From positions 6,882,001 through 6,946,000 of the forward strand of contig NC_043024.1 in NCBI RefSeq assembly GCF_006345805.1: 64,000 nucleotides of DNA, given 5' to 3'. Both the position numbers and the translations under genes were made by a program. Shown one piece after another: positions 1 to 12,912 of the stretch. The number at the start of each line of letters is the position of its first letter. Position 1 is the stretch's first letter. This stretch comes from Octopus sinensis (Eukaryota). The notes beneath the pieces were generated by a model. It was not told the DNA's origin. It saw only the letters and a list, made by a program, of their open reading frames with translations, and made no database searches.

Positions 1-959
1 ACCAATGCTGGTGTTTACATCCCTGTAACGTAGCAGTTCAGCAAAAGAGGTTGATAAAGTACTTAGTCTTGGATGTCATGAGTTTTGTCCTTAACTTCTC
101 ACTGTACCAAAACCAATTGATGACATGTCGTAAATTTTTCTTTATTCATCTTTTTGAATTTTTCCCTTTCTTGGTCAAGGAAAGGGTAGTGCCCTTTATT
201 CTTTAATTTTTCAGGACCTCCAAGGTTTGTGTGATGAAAGGAGGAAGTTACCTTCTAACTGGAAAAAAAGGTTGAATAGTTGTAATAATTAATCAAGCTA
301 GGGGTATCTCAGGATCAGGTGGTGGCGTTAAACTGGGGGACAACAAATTGGGCTACACTTGAAGTACCTAAGGACAAGGTGATGGTCTTAAACTTGGGAC
401 AGGTTTAAGCCTACCGTCCAAGAATTCAATATACAAAGACTTAGAATGGTTACCATAAGGCATCTCCCTCAGAAAATTCCACCAGTCCATCAGCCATGAC
501 TGGTATTTTGTTTTATCAACCCAGGAAGGATGAATGGCAAAGTTAACCTTGGAAGGATTTGAAATTGCTGCACAGGGGATAAGAACAACTACTACAAGGT
601 ATTCTAACAATTTAACCATCTTTTGGGAAAGATGGAATAAAATGCTAAGTATCACTGCTTTTGTAGGGAGGTTTAACACGTCTATATGCTTTCGCTGACT
701 CTTCAGATCTACAAGGTTTGGTTGTGGATTGTTTCCTGTTCCACCAGAGATACTAGAAATGTTGTGAAGCAGATGTTTCAGCTCAGCTTATCTTTAATTT
801 GACAGACCTCAATATTCAAACCCGATTCAGTTACTGTTCGATTTTGCATTCTAAGTTTAGAGTATGATGCCCTGGATTCAGTCATTTTGGGAGTCACTCT
901 GACACCTTTACGTAGCTGCTGGTGTGAGTGAGCAACTGGATTAGGTTTTCTTTGCCTTC

Positions 960-1236
960 CTTCATCATCTTTAGGGTCTTTGTGGCTGTTGAGCTTCTTC
1001 AAGGCTGGAAGAGGCCTCATGGCAGGCCTCACACACAAATGGTTGGATGTAATTAAGGAAGATCTCCAGAGGCTTGACATTTCTTTAGAGGATGCAGAGG
1101 GGTTAGCATGGGACCACCAGTATTGGAAAGTACTGGTAGGCCCAATTCTCTCTATACATGATGTCTTTGGAACCTCTGACTTGGCTTGACCCCCCAGCCC
1201 CATCCAGCAAGAGCATGAAGGCAGCAGCAAGTCGGA
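960..1236 (+). mobile_element. RTE-clade LINE 3' remnant
   Basis: Frameshifted WKRPHGRPHT/KWLDVIKEDLQRLDISLEDAEGLAWDHQYWKVLV matches the RTE ORF2 C-terminal motif (RPRGRP..W.D.I..DL......A..LA.DR..W). Short 3'UTR ends gcagcaagt. Confidence 0.8.
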
Positions 1237-1617
1237 ATATATTGTAGACAGTGACTGAAGCTTTTTAGTTCAGTATATTGGGTTTAATTTATTGACTAAT
1301 CCTGTTATCAGTTGACACACGCCTTTATCAGTTGACATCCAATTTTCCATGGTTGCATGGGTCAGACAAGTTATTCAGCCAGATTTTCTTCGGCTGGGTG
1401 CCTTTCCTGTCACCAACCCTCAACCATTTTCAAGCAAGGAAATATTTCCCCATCACCAGACAAATTTTTGATGGAAAACTGGAAACTGACCTCAGTACAT
1501 GTACGAGAGTGATGCTCATTTACGACTGTAAAACAAGGTGGCTCATATATGCACACACTTTATATATAATATATACATACATGTGATATATATATATATA
1601 TACATATACACGCACAC

Positions 1618-1962
1618 TCTTTTACTTGTTCCAGTCATTTTGACTGCAGCCATGCTGGAGCACCGCTTTTAGTCGAGCAAATCGACCCCAGGACTTATTC
1701 TTTGTAAGCCTAGTACTTATTCTATCGGTCTCTTTTGCCGAACCGCTAAGTTACGGGGACGTAAACACACCAGCATCGGTTGTTAAGTGATGTTGGAGGA
1801 AAAACACACACACATACATATATACATATATACATACACACACACATACATGACTGGCTTCTTTCAGTTTTTGTCTACCAAATCCACTCACAAGGCTTTG
1901 GTTTGCCCAAGGCTACAGTAGACATTTGCCCAAAGTGCCACGCAGTAGGAATGAACCCAGAA
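1618..1962 (-). mobile_element. SINE-A copy
   Basis: Aligns to 26157-26544; head truncated. Confidence 0.8.
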
Positions 1963-2404
1963 CCTACTTTGTTCCTGGGGACAGTTATTCTTAATAAGGC
2001 CCGATTCCAGGTACAGGTGACACGTGTGGGGACGTCCCTCAAGTATTACTGGGTACCTGCAACTGGCCATTTTCAGAAAATCTTTAGCGACTGATTGGGT
2101 CTATAGGGTCAAAACTGCTTTTGACTCCACCCAATCAGCCACCGTTAACAATTTCACTGGTTTGTTCTTCTTATGGACTTCTTGGGGCTTTGCAAGAGTT
2201 TTTGGTGAACCCGCTTGATTGTCTCTTCCGATATTAGTGGTCGTCCAGATCCTTTTGCCCTACAGAGACAGCCTTCCTCTTCTATACCTGGAAAGATAAA
2301 CATATTAAACATAAAATTTTGACCTGTTTCTACACATGCTGTTAAAATATGGCTGCAGTCTAACTGAAATGAATAAAAGGTAAAGATATATATATATATA
2401 TATA

Positions 2405-2581
2405 TTTCTTTTAGTTGTTTCAGTCACTTGACTGCAGCCATGCTGGAGCACTGCCTTTAGTCAAATTGACCCCAGGACTTATTTGTAATCCTTATTCTAT
2501 CTGTTCCTTTTGCAGAACTAAGTTATGGGGATGTAAAAACACACACACAAACGTGTGTATGTATATGTATGTATATGTATG

Positions 2582-2639
<58 letters not shown>

Positions 2640-3065
2640 CAGGCTTCTTTCAGTTGTTCCTTACCAAATCCACTAACAAGGCTCTGGTTGGCTCGAGGCT
2701 GTAGTAGACACCGCTAAGCATTTCACCCGACATGCTAGCTCTTCTGCCAGTTTGCTACCTTTAACGTATTTCAGTTTCTGCCAACCAAATCCATTTACAA
2801 GGCTTTGGTCTGCCTGAGGCTATAGTAGAAGACACTTTCCCAAGGTGCCATGCAGTGGGACTGAACCTGGAACTATGTGGTTGGGAAGCAAGCTTCTTGC
2901 TACACAAAGCATTCCTTTCATTTCAGTCTACCAAATCTGCTTGCAAGGGTTTGGTTGGTCGAGGGCTGTGGCAGAAAGCACATGCTCAAAGTGTCGCACA
3001 GTGGGACTGAACCCCAAACTGCATTGTTGGCAAGCAAGCTTCTTAAGCCCACAGCCACACCTGCG
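2405..3065 (-). mobile_element. SINE-A cluster (one long copy plus two extra head fragments)
   Basis: The tttcagt..ccaaatcc..caaggct segment recurs at about 2645, 2770 and 2920. (TA)n expansion at 2580-2637. Confidence 0.75.
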
Positions 3066-3129
3066 CATATGTGTAGTGTTTTTTTTTTTTCTTTATTTAA
3101 GCCGTTGGGGTGTGGTTTGAAGCACATTT

Positions 3130-3308
3130 GGTGGCAGTTCTCTCTGTAACAGGTCCAACAACATACTCTCTCCCTCTCTCCCATCACACACACACATTCC
3201 ACTTTATAACTAAGTAGTGTTTCATTCATAGTTATGTGCTCTCTGTATATATTCTTTTCATAGACTTTTTTTTCATTTCACCTCACAAATTCAACCTACT
3301 CTGTAAGT
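3130..3308 (+). promoter_or_regulatory. Possible non-coding first exon / promoter of the ERM gene
   Basis: Unique, CT/CA-rich sequence ending in a GTAAGT donor at 3303-3308, about 0.8 kb upstream of the 4129 acceptor. Exonic donor bases are weak. Confidence 0.3.
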
Positions 3309-4129
3309 TTTAGGCGTGGTCTTCGTTTTTAGTTTGTCAAAACTCCTGGACAAGAAAAAGAACTCTTTAACTAATTAGCAAGTAAAACTTCTTTTTTTTT
3401 TCATTTTAATTAGCTGGTATTTCTTTTCTTTTTTGTTCACTGACTTTGCATTGTTTTTCAAACAAAAACTGAATTTTTTTTTTTAAACATTTCTGTTAAT
3501 CACCAGACCAGTCCTTGTGGAACAACAGTCCTGTGAGCAAAATATTCAAGCTGTGACCATTCCTGTGTTTTCTCAAAGAAAAAATTTTTTTAATTTTCCA
3601 CTAACTTGACCCTTTTAAAAGGGTGGAGTATGATTTGACAAGGTTTTTGTTTACTATTTCTAGCAGGTGTAGTGACCTCATAGAGGCTCTCATTAATATG
3701 AAGACATTCTTAGGCAGTGGTTTGGAATTGGTACATAGCATTTAAGGGTCTGTGTAGTTTGTTTCCATCCTACTGGGGTTAACCAGTCCTTTTTTTTTTT
3801 TTTCTGAGGTAGTAGGTGTTGACACAAAAGGCTGTACTGACAACACCCATTTCAGTTATAGTTTTTCTTTTCATCTGCCCACCCTGATTGATTATGAATC
3901 AGAAGAAAAAAATTTATTTCCTATTTTATACAATTTAACAACCATTATTCATAAAGAATCTATTTTCAGGTATTGAAAACTAAATTTCAGGATTTTTTAA
4001 ATTAAATATTTTGACAATTTTTTTTTCTTTTTACACTGTTAAATGTATTTTTTGTGTCATTTTGGACTTTTTCAAAAACTTTTTTTTTTGTATTTTAATA
4101 TAATTTTTTCCCTCTTTTTTTCTTTGCAG

Positions 4130-4230
4130 AACTTGATTTCCTCTTGGAATCTGTATTTCTAGATAGACTAGTAGGATATAAATCTATAAACATTGGATAT
4201 TAATATTATTCCTTACCATCGCTACCGACC
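4130..4230 (+). other. 5'UTR part of the MPKP exon
   Basis: Long T/C tract ending tctttgcAG at 4129. No ATG between 4130 and 4230. Confidence 0.7.
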
Positions 4231-4242
4231 ATGCCAAAACCG
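4231..4242 (+). CDS. Moe: ERM-family (moesin/radixin/ezrin-like) gene, first coding segment MPKP
   Basis: gaccATG CCA AAA CCG is followed directly by a canonical GTAAGT donor (4243-4248). A at -3, in-frame TAA upstream at 4201-4203, phase 0. It joins in frame to 55091 to give [18 protein letters not shown], the typical ERM N-terminus. The symbol denotes the invertebrate ERM orthologue. Confidence 0.88.
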
Positions 4243-4516
4243 GTAAGTCAAACATTCTTGAAAGTGATCATGTGTATATATTATATGTATGTATTATATG
4301 TATGTATTATATGTATGTGTGTATGTATGTATGACTGTACCAGTCCTGTTATGTTCTCTCTTCAATATGAGCACTTCTTTAGTTTGTTGGTTACCATAAA
4401 TTCTTCGTGGTCTTGCTAAATCCATTTTGGTCTTCATTTGAGACTTGAGTTGTGGACTGTTTATAGAATCTCTTAAATTAAACTATGACAATGCTATACA
4501 GATTTTTATATAGATG

Positions 4517-4547
<31 letters not shown>

Positions 4548-5291
4548 ATATATATATATATATTATATATATATATATAATATATTCCTTCTTTCCTGAG
4601 CGTCCAATAATACTTTTTGTTCCACATCCTTGTGTTGTCTTTTTGTTTTCTTGTTTGGATTAACTTTATATATATATACACACATACATACATATATACA
4701 TATAAGTCCTTGGTTGGGGTTTGAGTGTGTATAATAAATGATTTAAGAGTATTCTATTTTTTAACTGGCTTTTAACTTTTGGTTACAATTTGTTCTGGGA
4801 TTTTCTAGGTAGAAGAGGGTACTGTCAGCTATGTCTGTATTTCTTGGTATTGATGATGTAGGGTGCTGTCAAACCAAAATATTGTTCACATCTGGTGACA
4901 TTGCCATGCAGTAGAGCACTGCTAGGTCAGTCTTTGGACAGCAGCCATGCAGGATCGGTTTTCCAGTGTGTCGATCATGTCACACCTGTAATTAGTCTTT
5001 CTCGTCAATATCTGTTTTTCAAACTGCTACGTAAAAGGAGTGTCGATGTTTTGAAAGTGAAAATGCCAGCTAGCGTTAAGCTGTTCAGTTGTAGTTTATC
5101 CTAATTAAGCAGATATTTGACCAAAGATTAACTGCCTTGTCTTGGGATTACTTTGACAAAATTTGAAGTGACATGATTTGAGGTAGATTTGGTTACTATT
5201 TCTGGCAGGTCGATTGACCTAGATATACTTCCTCGTTGGTTCAGCTGTCAAGAAATGGGCATGGATGAGTGAGATTTCGTTTGAAGTGTTT

Positions 5292-5576
5292 GAGCAGTTT
5301 CCCAACCATTTTCTTACTCTTTCGTTCTTCTTTTACTGAAATCGACCCTCAAAGCAAAATTAAATATTATTAGGAATTTTTTGTTCTTTTACTTGTTTCA
5401 GTCATTTGACTGTGGCCATGCTAGAGCACTACCTTTAGTCAAAGAAATCGACCCTGGACTTATTCTTTGTAAACCTTGTACTTATTCTATCAGTTTCTTT
5501 TGCTAAACTGCTAACTTACGGAGATGTAAGCACACCAACATTGGTTGTCAAGCAATGGTGGGGGAACACAAATATA

Positions 5577-5612
<36 letters not shown>

Positions 5613-5905
5613 CGTATACACACACACAAACACGACAGGCTTCTTTCAGTTTCTGTCTATCAAATCCACACATAAAGCTTTGGTTGGCTTGATTCTACAA
5701 CAGAAGACACTTGCTCAAGGTGTCACGCAGTGGGACTGAACCCAGAACCATGTGGTTGGGAAACAAGCTTCTTATCACACAGCCATCCCTGCACCTATAA
5801 TTATATAAAAAAGATTAATCTATTTTGTATTTTAGAGGTATAACTAGTTTTTTGTTCATAAATTTTAACAGCAAATCTTATGTGGACCCCGGTTGAGAAG
5901 CAGTG
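5292..5905. mobile_element. hAT MITE family H2 split by a SINE-A insertion
   Basis: The left (5292-5385) and right (5800-5905, ending ggttgagaagcagtg) parts align to 19311-19557. SINE-A fills 5386-5797. Confidence 0.65.
5386..5797 (-). mobile_element. SINE-A full-length copy
   Basis: Aligns end to end with 26157-26544. Confidence 0.85.
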
Positions 5906-7850
5906 TTTCTGCCGTTTTATAATTTGTAACTTTGATTTTAGATATTTAATTATAACTTTATGAATAAACTATATTTTCAGTTGTAGAGAATTTGTGGTAA
6001 ATATTAATGATTTTTATAAGGTAGAATGTAGAAAGAAATTTAAGATTTATGAAATGTTTTGGCTGTTTGCAGTAGTTAAGCCCCTGGTTGGTCTTGGCTG
6101 AGCAGAGATCTAAGTAAAGCCATTTTTTTTTCCATAGCATGTAAGGCTATAGAAATCGTTAAGCCCTAGCTTTAACTTCTGGTGCTTATGATAGATCAAT
6201 CTAAGTTCATAAGTATGATAGTACAATGTCTTTTACATCGAAAGACTGATTGAGGGCTATTTGGTTACTATGTCGTGCAGGTCTATTGACCAGGTAGACT
6301 CCTTTTATTTTATTTTCTCACTATGGAGCTATCGTCAAGTTTAGCTTTCTGCATTGAAATAGAAGCATTGGGTCGTTGCTATTGGTATCTTGTGAAGATG
6401 CCCTCCACCCTAGACGGGACGCCACGCCAGTCTGACGCAAGTTTTAAGTCCAATCTCCTGTTGTTAGCCGTGGGGTGCTAAAGAAATGAAGGGTCTTGTT
6501 CAAGAATACAGCACTCGGTCGGGAAGTCGAACGCATGACCTTGCAATGGCGAGCCCAACGCCGTAACATAAACTCTAAGTCACCCATCGTCACAAAAGTA
6601 TAAATAATATCTGGGATATCAAGAGGTTTCTTTTATTGGCGCAGTCTTTGGAATAACTGCCCTTCAAGGTCTAATATCTCATTGGAAAGTATTTTGTGTG
6701 TTTTTCATAGAACGGAAATCACAATTTTTAAGACATATTCCCATTTTTTTTTTTTATATTTCATTTTCTCCTCTTTCTCGACCCATCCGTACTCTTTCTT
6801 TCCCCAATGAGGCTTGGAACTTCAAAGGACATCCACTCTGCTCTCTTTCTTTCTTTCTCAGATATATTTCTGAATAAAATTGCCCGAGTATTTAAGACGT
6901 GAGATATTTTTACTTTGTAAATTAAATTTTTAGTTTTATTAGTTTTACATAATACTGACATACATAATTAATCCAGGATTAAATATATTAGTTTCAACCT
7001 TAACCTTTACATATTTGTCTTGGCTTAATTAGAAGTGTGTAGGGGGGGGATTTCATAAACGCACAAACGTTGTGTCAGGAAAATACGTAATGTTATATAT
7101 TAGTCGTTTATTGATTTAGTTTTTGATGTGCTTAATTATTTTCTAAGTCGTTTTTAGTTCATGTAATATATTAGTGCGTGTGTAACGAAAAATGTATGCC
7201 TGGCATGTGTTTTGTATAATATTATATAGGTATAAGTATAGGTATGTGTTTTCTGTCTCTCGAGTTACTGAGCAGAAATATTTTATCTACGTAAAACTTC
7301 ACTGTATGAATCATATACATTGTTTTATTTTGAAAGCCAGAACCGGATTTGTGGTATTCAGGCTTTCATTTCAATTTTCGTCTATTTTTCTTTTCGTTAT
7401 TTTTTATATTTCTACTTTTTAACATTACACACATACATATATATAGAGAGCAAGTAAAGCCAAAAAAAAAAATGTATCGTTTTGTTAAATAAATTATATA
7501 TTATATGTAAAATAGAAATATGCTTCGTTTATTTTTTAAATCAATGCTTGAACTTTTTTTATCGCATCAATGTGTAAAAACAGATGGTTTTATTTCGTTT
7601 TCCGTTTTTGATCTCAGTTGTTTATTTTTTAGTCTCTGTTCAAACCTCATTCATTCAATCATTCATTTTATCCCTTTTTTTACTCTTTAAGGAATAAAAT
7701 TTTATTAGAAAAGTCAATTTTCCTCCAACTTTTGACCGTTTCTATTTTAAGGGGTCAGTTTTCTTTTTTTTTTTTATGAACTGTTCCAATGTCTTCGCTG
7801 TCCCTTTTTTTTCTCTTTTCCCCGTTAAAAATTGCTAATTTTTCTCTCAG

Positions 7851-7871
7851 TTCCGATTCCGGCATGGGGAG
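7851..7871 (+). CDS. Candidate 21-nt in-frame microexon (FRFRHGE) of the ERM gene
   Basis: Pyrimidine tract 7793-7823, branch-like tgCTAAt 7833-7839, tttctctcAG at 7850, TTCCGATTCCGGCATGGGGAG, then donor GAG|GTGAGT at 7872. Length is a multiple of 3 with no stop. No transcript evidence. Confidence 0.45.
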
Positions 7872-10699
7872 GTGAGTAACTTTTACCATCTGCTAGGTTT
7901 TCTTCCATCCATTCACATCTTCACCATTTTTAGTTTGTTCATGTTAGTGTTTTATTTTTTCGTTCTGTATTTTCTTCCTCGTCTTTTCTATATTTATAAA
8001 AGTATATTTATATCCCCATATATATATACATATTCTATATAAAAGTATGATTATTAAATTCTAAATGGCTGAAGTTTGTTTAAAAACAGGCCAGGGCAAC
8101 CTTTTACGTGACGCTGACATGAGACATGGCTCATCGCCATGGACAGACCGCACTACTTAAAAAAATATCTATATATATGAAAAAAGAAAGACAAAAAGAA
8201 AAAAGATGGTTATTTTTCGCTAGGTGTGCCATTCAGAAAGTCTGACCGCAGTTTGCTTGTGGCTGGTTTAAAGTTTAATAACTTGATGGCAGGTAGAGAG
8301 AAGTGTGACTGATGGTAGACAGGTGATCGCGATATCGATGTTGGCGACCTAATGCTTGCATCATCGAACCTGGTTGTATTTGAAAGGAAAGGGCTGTTCC
8401 CAGTTTCTCTCGAGAAAAGAAACATAGGTAGAGAACCTCAGGGAGTTGACAATCAAGGCGATGCCGTTAAAGGGGTACCTTGAGGAATGACAAACAGTTG
8501 TGAAGGTGGCCCGCTGTAGCGTACGACTCCAATTAGAAAGCCTCTGTAGTCAGGCTTTGAAGTCTGTTGGTTAAAGACTTCATGTTAATCAGATTATTTA
8601 AAAAGTATTTAGGTGTCCTCTGTGACTTGTCCTTATTTGCAAGAATTGCGTTGTCCCAATTGTGCAAGTAGAAGAAATCCATGTCTGAGGTCGCTATTTT
8701 TTGGTTTATCAACATGCACTCCACTCCCTACCACCATCACCATCAATTATAGGTTGACAACCTTGAAATTATTCAGTGAAGCTATCTTTAAACATACTTT
8801 TATAAATATAGAATCATTTCTGTTGGATTATGTCTCACATAATTATTTCTACATTTTGTTTGTCCGTTTCGTTTATTTTTTTAATATTTTCTACAGAATT
8901 TTTTTTTTTTTTTGGATACCCCTACCCCCGTCTTTGGATTGTCAAATTCTATAACATTTATTCACCGGCCTTTGTTTTACCCTGATTTTCTAGTAACAGT
9001 TAATTTTTTGTTTTGCCATTATGTTTTACTGGCAAATCTGTTTTAAGTGGATGTTTGCTTCTTCAGTTTATGGTTTCTAAGTTGCTTTTTTTTTTTGTTG
9101 TTTCTCTTATTTTTATGATCAATATTCTTTCATCTTTTATTTTTGTAAAGCAGCAGTAGTTGAAATAGCTTTGACAGCATGCTGACATGCTTAGACTTAT
9201 AGCAATATTTTTCCACTTTCCAAATTGAGACCAATTCTTTGAAGAATGCAATGATCTTCCTTTGTCCATAAATAACTGTATGACTAATGAAGACCATTTT
9301 CTTTTAAGATGACCAACTGGCAGAATTGTTTGACGTTGGACAAAATGCAGTGGAACTTTTCCCACCTGAGTTCAAATTCTGCTGAATTCAACTTCACTTT
9401 TATTTTTTGGAGTTTGATAAAATAAGTACCAGTTGAATACTGAGGGAGGGGCGTGTCAGTGTTATCCACCAACCATCTCCCTTTAAATTGTTGTTCCAAA
9501 ATTTGAAATTATTAAATCCTCTTTCTCTCTGTTGTTAATCTCTACAGAGGTTTGGCGGAGTAACAGAAATGGTAGAGCATTGAGTTAAATGTTTCATACT
9601 ATTTTGTTCTGGTCCATTTGTACTAGGTTCAAATCTCACTGGTAGGAGGGCCTATACAACAGAGTGCTAGGGATAAGATTTTAGACGATTTAGACCCTTC
9701 CCACCACAAAATTTTATGGCATTGTGCTGCCAATGTCAAGTAATGTTTTTAATTCCAGCTTTTCTTTTAACCCTGATACAAAAGTTTTGTTGATGCATAA
9801 AAGAAATAAGAAAATTGAGTAATTATTAAGACTGCTTCCCTTTCTCTTCCTCTCTTTGTAGCTACTACTCTTTACACACATCCTCTCTCTCTCTCTCTCT
9901 CCATTAGAGGCCAGCAAAAAAAAAGTCTTAAAATAATTGCTCTATGAAGTGTTCTCAGAAACCTTAAAAGCTGTCATCTACTTCTCAAGTAGTCCTCCAT
10001 GTACATAAGACACACACACACATATACATTCATACGCACACACATTACATGCACACTGTATACACTCACTCACACTATACACACTTGTATATTTCTTTGT
10101 CCTCAAGTAATCTACTTTTAATAATTTCCACTGCAAGTTCTAATTAACTCTTTGAAATTAATTGCAATGATTCAGTGATTTATGTAACTACTGGTGAGTG
10201 GGCTGAAGTGGGCCTCCACCAGTTGAACCTAGTTTAAATTTACTGCAGATGTTTTCATTTCTGAGAGAACCTCCCCCTCCTTTTCCAGGTTTCCATCTTG
10301 TTCTCACTTCACCCAATTGTTAACAAGAACACTTATTTTGTTATAAATGGTGTATTTACCTGCCAAAGCAGGTATGGGCAACCACAATAAATTTTTGTTA
10401 GGCATACCCTTCTGAAAGTCTTGCAGTAACTGTTGTAAAGGAATGGTCTTGAATACTTAATTCTAGTACGTGGTATTGTCCTCCCCCTTTTTTTTCCTGA
10501 TTAATTATTTTTAACACTTGAATTTAGTACACTTACAACCCGATGGTACAGGTAGTACCATCAGGTTGTAGGTGTACGTCTGAAAGCTATCTTGTTTTAT
10601 GCACACACTCACACACACACACACAGAGAACAGCTATATGGTTTACAGGAGATGTTTGAATCTTGGAGGTGAAGCCCTTGAGCCATCACATTGCAACAA

Positions 10700-11450
10700 G
10701 GACAAGATCTCATGATGTACCTGTTACAAAGGAAGTGTTTTCTGGACTTGAAGACCAGTCTTTGAGATGGAGTCTTTACTGTGTTCAGGATGTGCATTCC
10801 CCAGCAGAAGTCATCAGTGGTAGTGAGTGAGGTTTAGCATTTGGACCAGCTGTGTGTGTTCTTGGTGTGTGCTTTAGATTTAAAGGAAGGACAAGGTGCA
10901 TTATCTTTGTGATATGGTGCGGTAATCATTTACATTTGTAGGAGATGGCATCACTATGACCCACTGGAGGATGTTTCTGGCCTGGGGCAGTATGTATTCA
11001 TGGGGTCAGTGACAATTTGACATGCCTGTTGCATGAAGGAGGGGTATTATCAGAGTAGGTGTTGCGAGTGGACAATAAGTAGGTCATTATGTGAAGTTGG
11101 ACAAAACTTGAACCCATGGCCACACCAGAATGGAGTGTTAGTTCCATCAGCACTGGTTGCATTACTGTGGTCAGTCTGTCTGGTCAAGACCTGAAGGACA
11201 GATGGAGTATATGTGTAGACAGCTTTGTCCACCAGACCTTGTTGAAAAAGAGAAAACATTGAAGGTGAAGCCAACAACACTATTTTAAATTTCTGTGGGG
11301 GCAAGGGCACCCTGGTTACAGAGGAATGTGGGGCCCTAATAGATCTGGTCTCCTGGAAGTTTTTTTGGTGGTCGGAAGGGAAGGAGTTTCAAGGTAAATA
11401 AGGTTTTTGATGGTTGTCAACTTTTTATGTGTTGGAAGTGAGTATAAGAG
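10700..11450 (-). mobile_element. Degraded Penelope-like element reverse transcriptase relic
   Basis: Across frameshifts, motifs occur in the correct order: HQKTSRRP..GCPCP/TEI (cf. HKP.NPGRPIVSACSCPTE), VDKAVYTYTP (cf. DV.SLYT.IP), LDQ, MELTL..GVAMGSSF (cf. GVAMGTKM), NAHPEHSKDSI (cf. SSHP.H.KNSIP). Confidence 0.65.
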
Positions 11451-11684
11451 GAGATTAACTGGCCGGGACAAAAGCCAGGGATGGTATACAATACTGTATT
11501 CCTCAAAATTGGGATCTATCTCTGTAAAGAGGGCTTAGCTCTGGGTTGCATTACTGAGGGTAATGGAGGGGATGTTCTCAGGGGTAGTGGCCTTGTGAAT
11601 TTGAAGTGGTCAGATAATTTTTAAGATTGAATTGTAAGTGTAGCTATGAATCGCACTTGGGATTTGGTGCTGTGAGGGTCTTGT

Positions 11685-11912
11685 TTAACCCTTTAGGACA
11701 TTCAGATTATTCTATCAAATGTCCTTATTTATTCACATTGTTTAGAATCAATTGTGCATTATCTCATAGCTTTGAGATTTTGATGATATGATTGGGTTTT
11801 TTTTTTTTAAATGACATTGTACGGTAGGTGTGAGAGGTCAGATCTTGATTGGTTTGAACATAAAACAGAATATTTTGGCTGGGTGCGGCTGGTTTAAAGG
11901 CTAAAAGATTAA
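11685..11912. mobile_element. piggyBac-type MITE, family P1
   Basis: TTAA-CCCTTTAG...ctaaaaga-TTAA, about 220 bp, with many copies in the window. Confidence 0.8.
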
Positions 11913-12212
11913 GAGAATGGTTTCACTTAACTGCCGAGTTGCTTTTGATGTTTCATAATTGATTCACATTCTACCAAGGATATAGTTAGCATACAACTTG
12001 TCAGGTTGTCTGACCAGTCAACCGTTTTGAATGTACAAGAGATTGTGAGGTGATTGGAATATGGCGATGGAGTGTTATATTTACTTGTGTACAAAACTTC
12101 TATGAGACAAGATTTCTTAGGTTTGTCCATTAGTCAAGCATCTGGTTTTCTTTATTGGAAGTTACATATAAAACGACTTCTACTGAGTAACTCGCGTGTG
12201 TTATGCTTTTAT

Positions 12213-12912
12213 CGGTTACTTGTTTCAGGCGTTAGTGTGGCCATGCTGCAGGACCACTACTTTTTAGCCTTGTACATTTTCTATTGGTCTCTTTTTGATG
12301 AACCGCTAAGTTACAGGGATGCAAAGACATCAACACCAGTTGTCAAGCAGTGGTGGGGGACAAACATGAATACACACACACACACTTTCAGTTTCCATTT
12401 ACCAAATCCACTCACAAGGCTTTGGTTAGCCCAAGACTATAGTAGAAGACACCTGCCCAAGGTGCCATGCAGTGGGACTGAACCCATAACCATGTGCTTT
12501 GGAAGCAAGCTTCTTAACACATAGCCATGCCTTGAAAATAAACTTTAGGGCAAACATTTTTACTTTTTTTTACCTTTTTACTGGTTTGTTATTGGAATGT
12601 GGCCGTGCTAGGGCACCACCTTAAAGGGTCTATATCCAAACAAGTCAACCCCAGGACTTATTTCTTAAGTCTCGTACTTATTCTGTCAGTGTCTTTGGCT
12701 GAACTGCTAAGTTATGGGGATGTAAGCAAAACACTGGTTGTCAAATGGTGAGGTTGGGGACAAACTCACACATACACACAATGGGCTTCTACACAGTTTC
12801 CATCTACTGAATTCACTCGATGGCTTTGGTCATCCCGTCAAAGATGGTACCCTATGGGACTGAACCCAAAACCACATGATTGCAAAGCAAGCTTCTTGAC
12901 CATAGCCACGCT
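12213..12912 (-). mobile_element. Two tandem SINE-A copies
   Basis: 12213-12532 and 12575-12912. Confidence 0.8.

Noticed and set aside
1780-2094. Recurrent ORFs such as ...YQIHSQGFG... and YIYIYI runs
   Set aside because: They are frames through SINE-A and (TA)n tracts, repeated many times in the window, and are not genes.
4231-4419. 62-aa ORF MPKPVSQ...
   Set aside because: Only the first four codons are exonic; the remainder is intron and microsatellite.
8613-8954. ORF with CPNC zinc-finger-like motif
   Set aside because: TTG start, no second Cys/His pair in a recognisable spacing, and it ends in T-rich low-complexity sequence.
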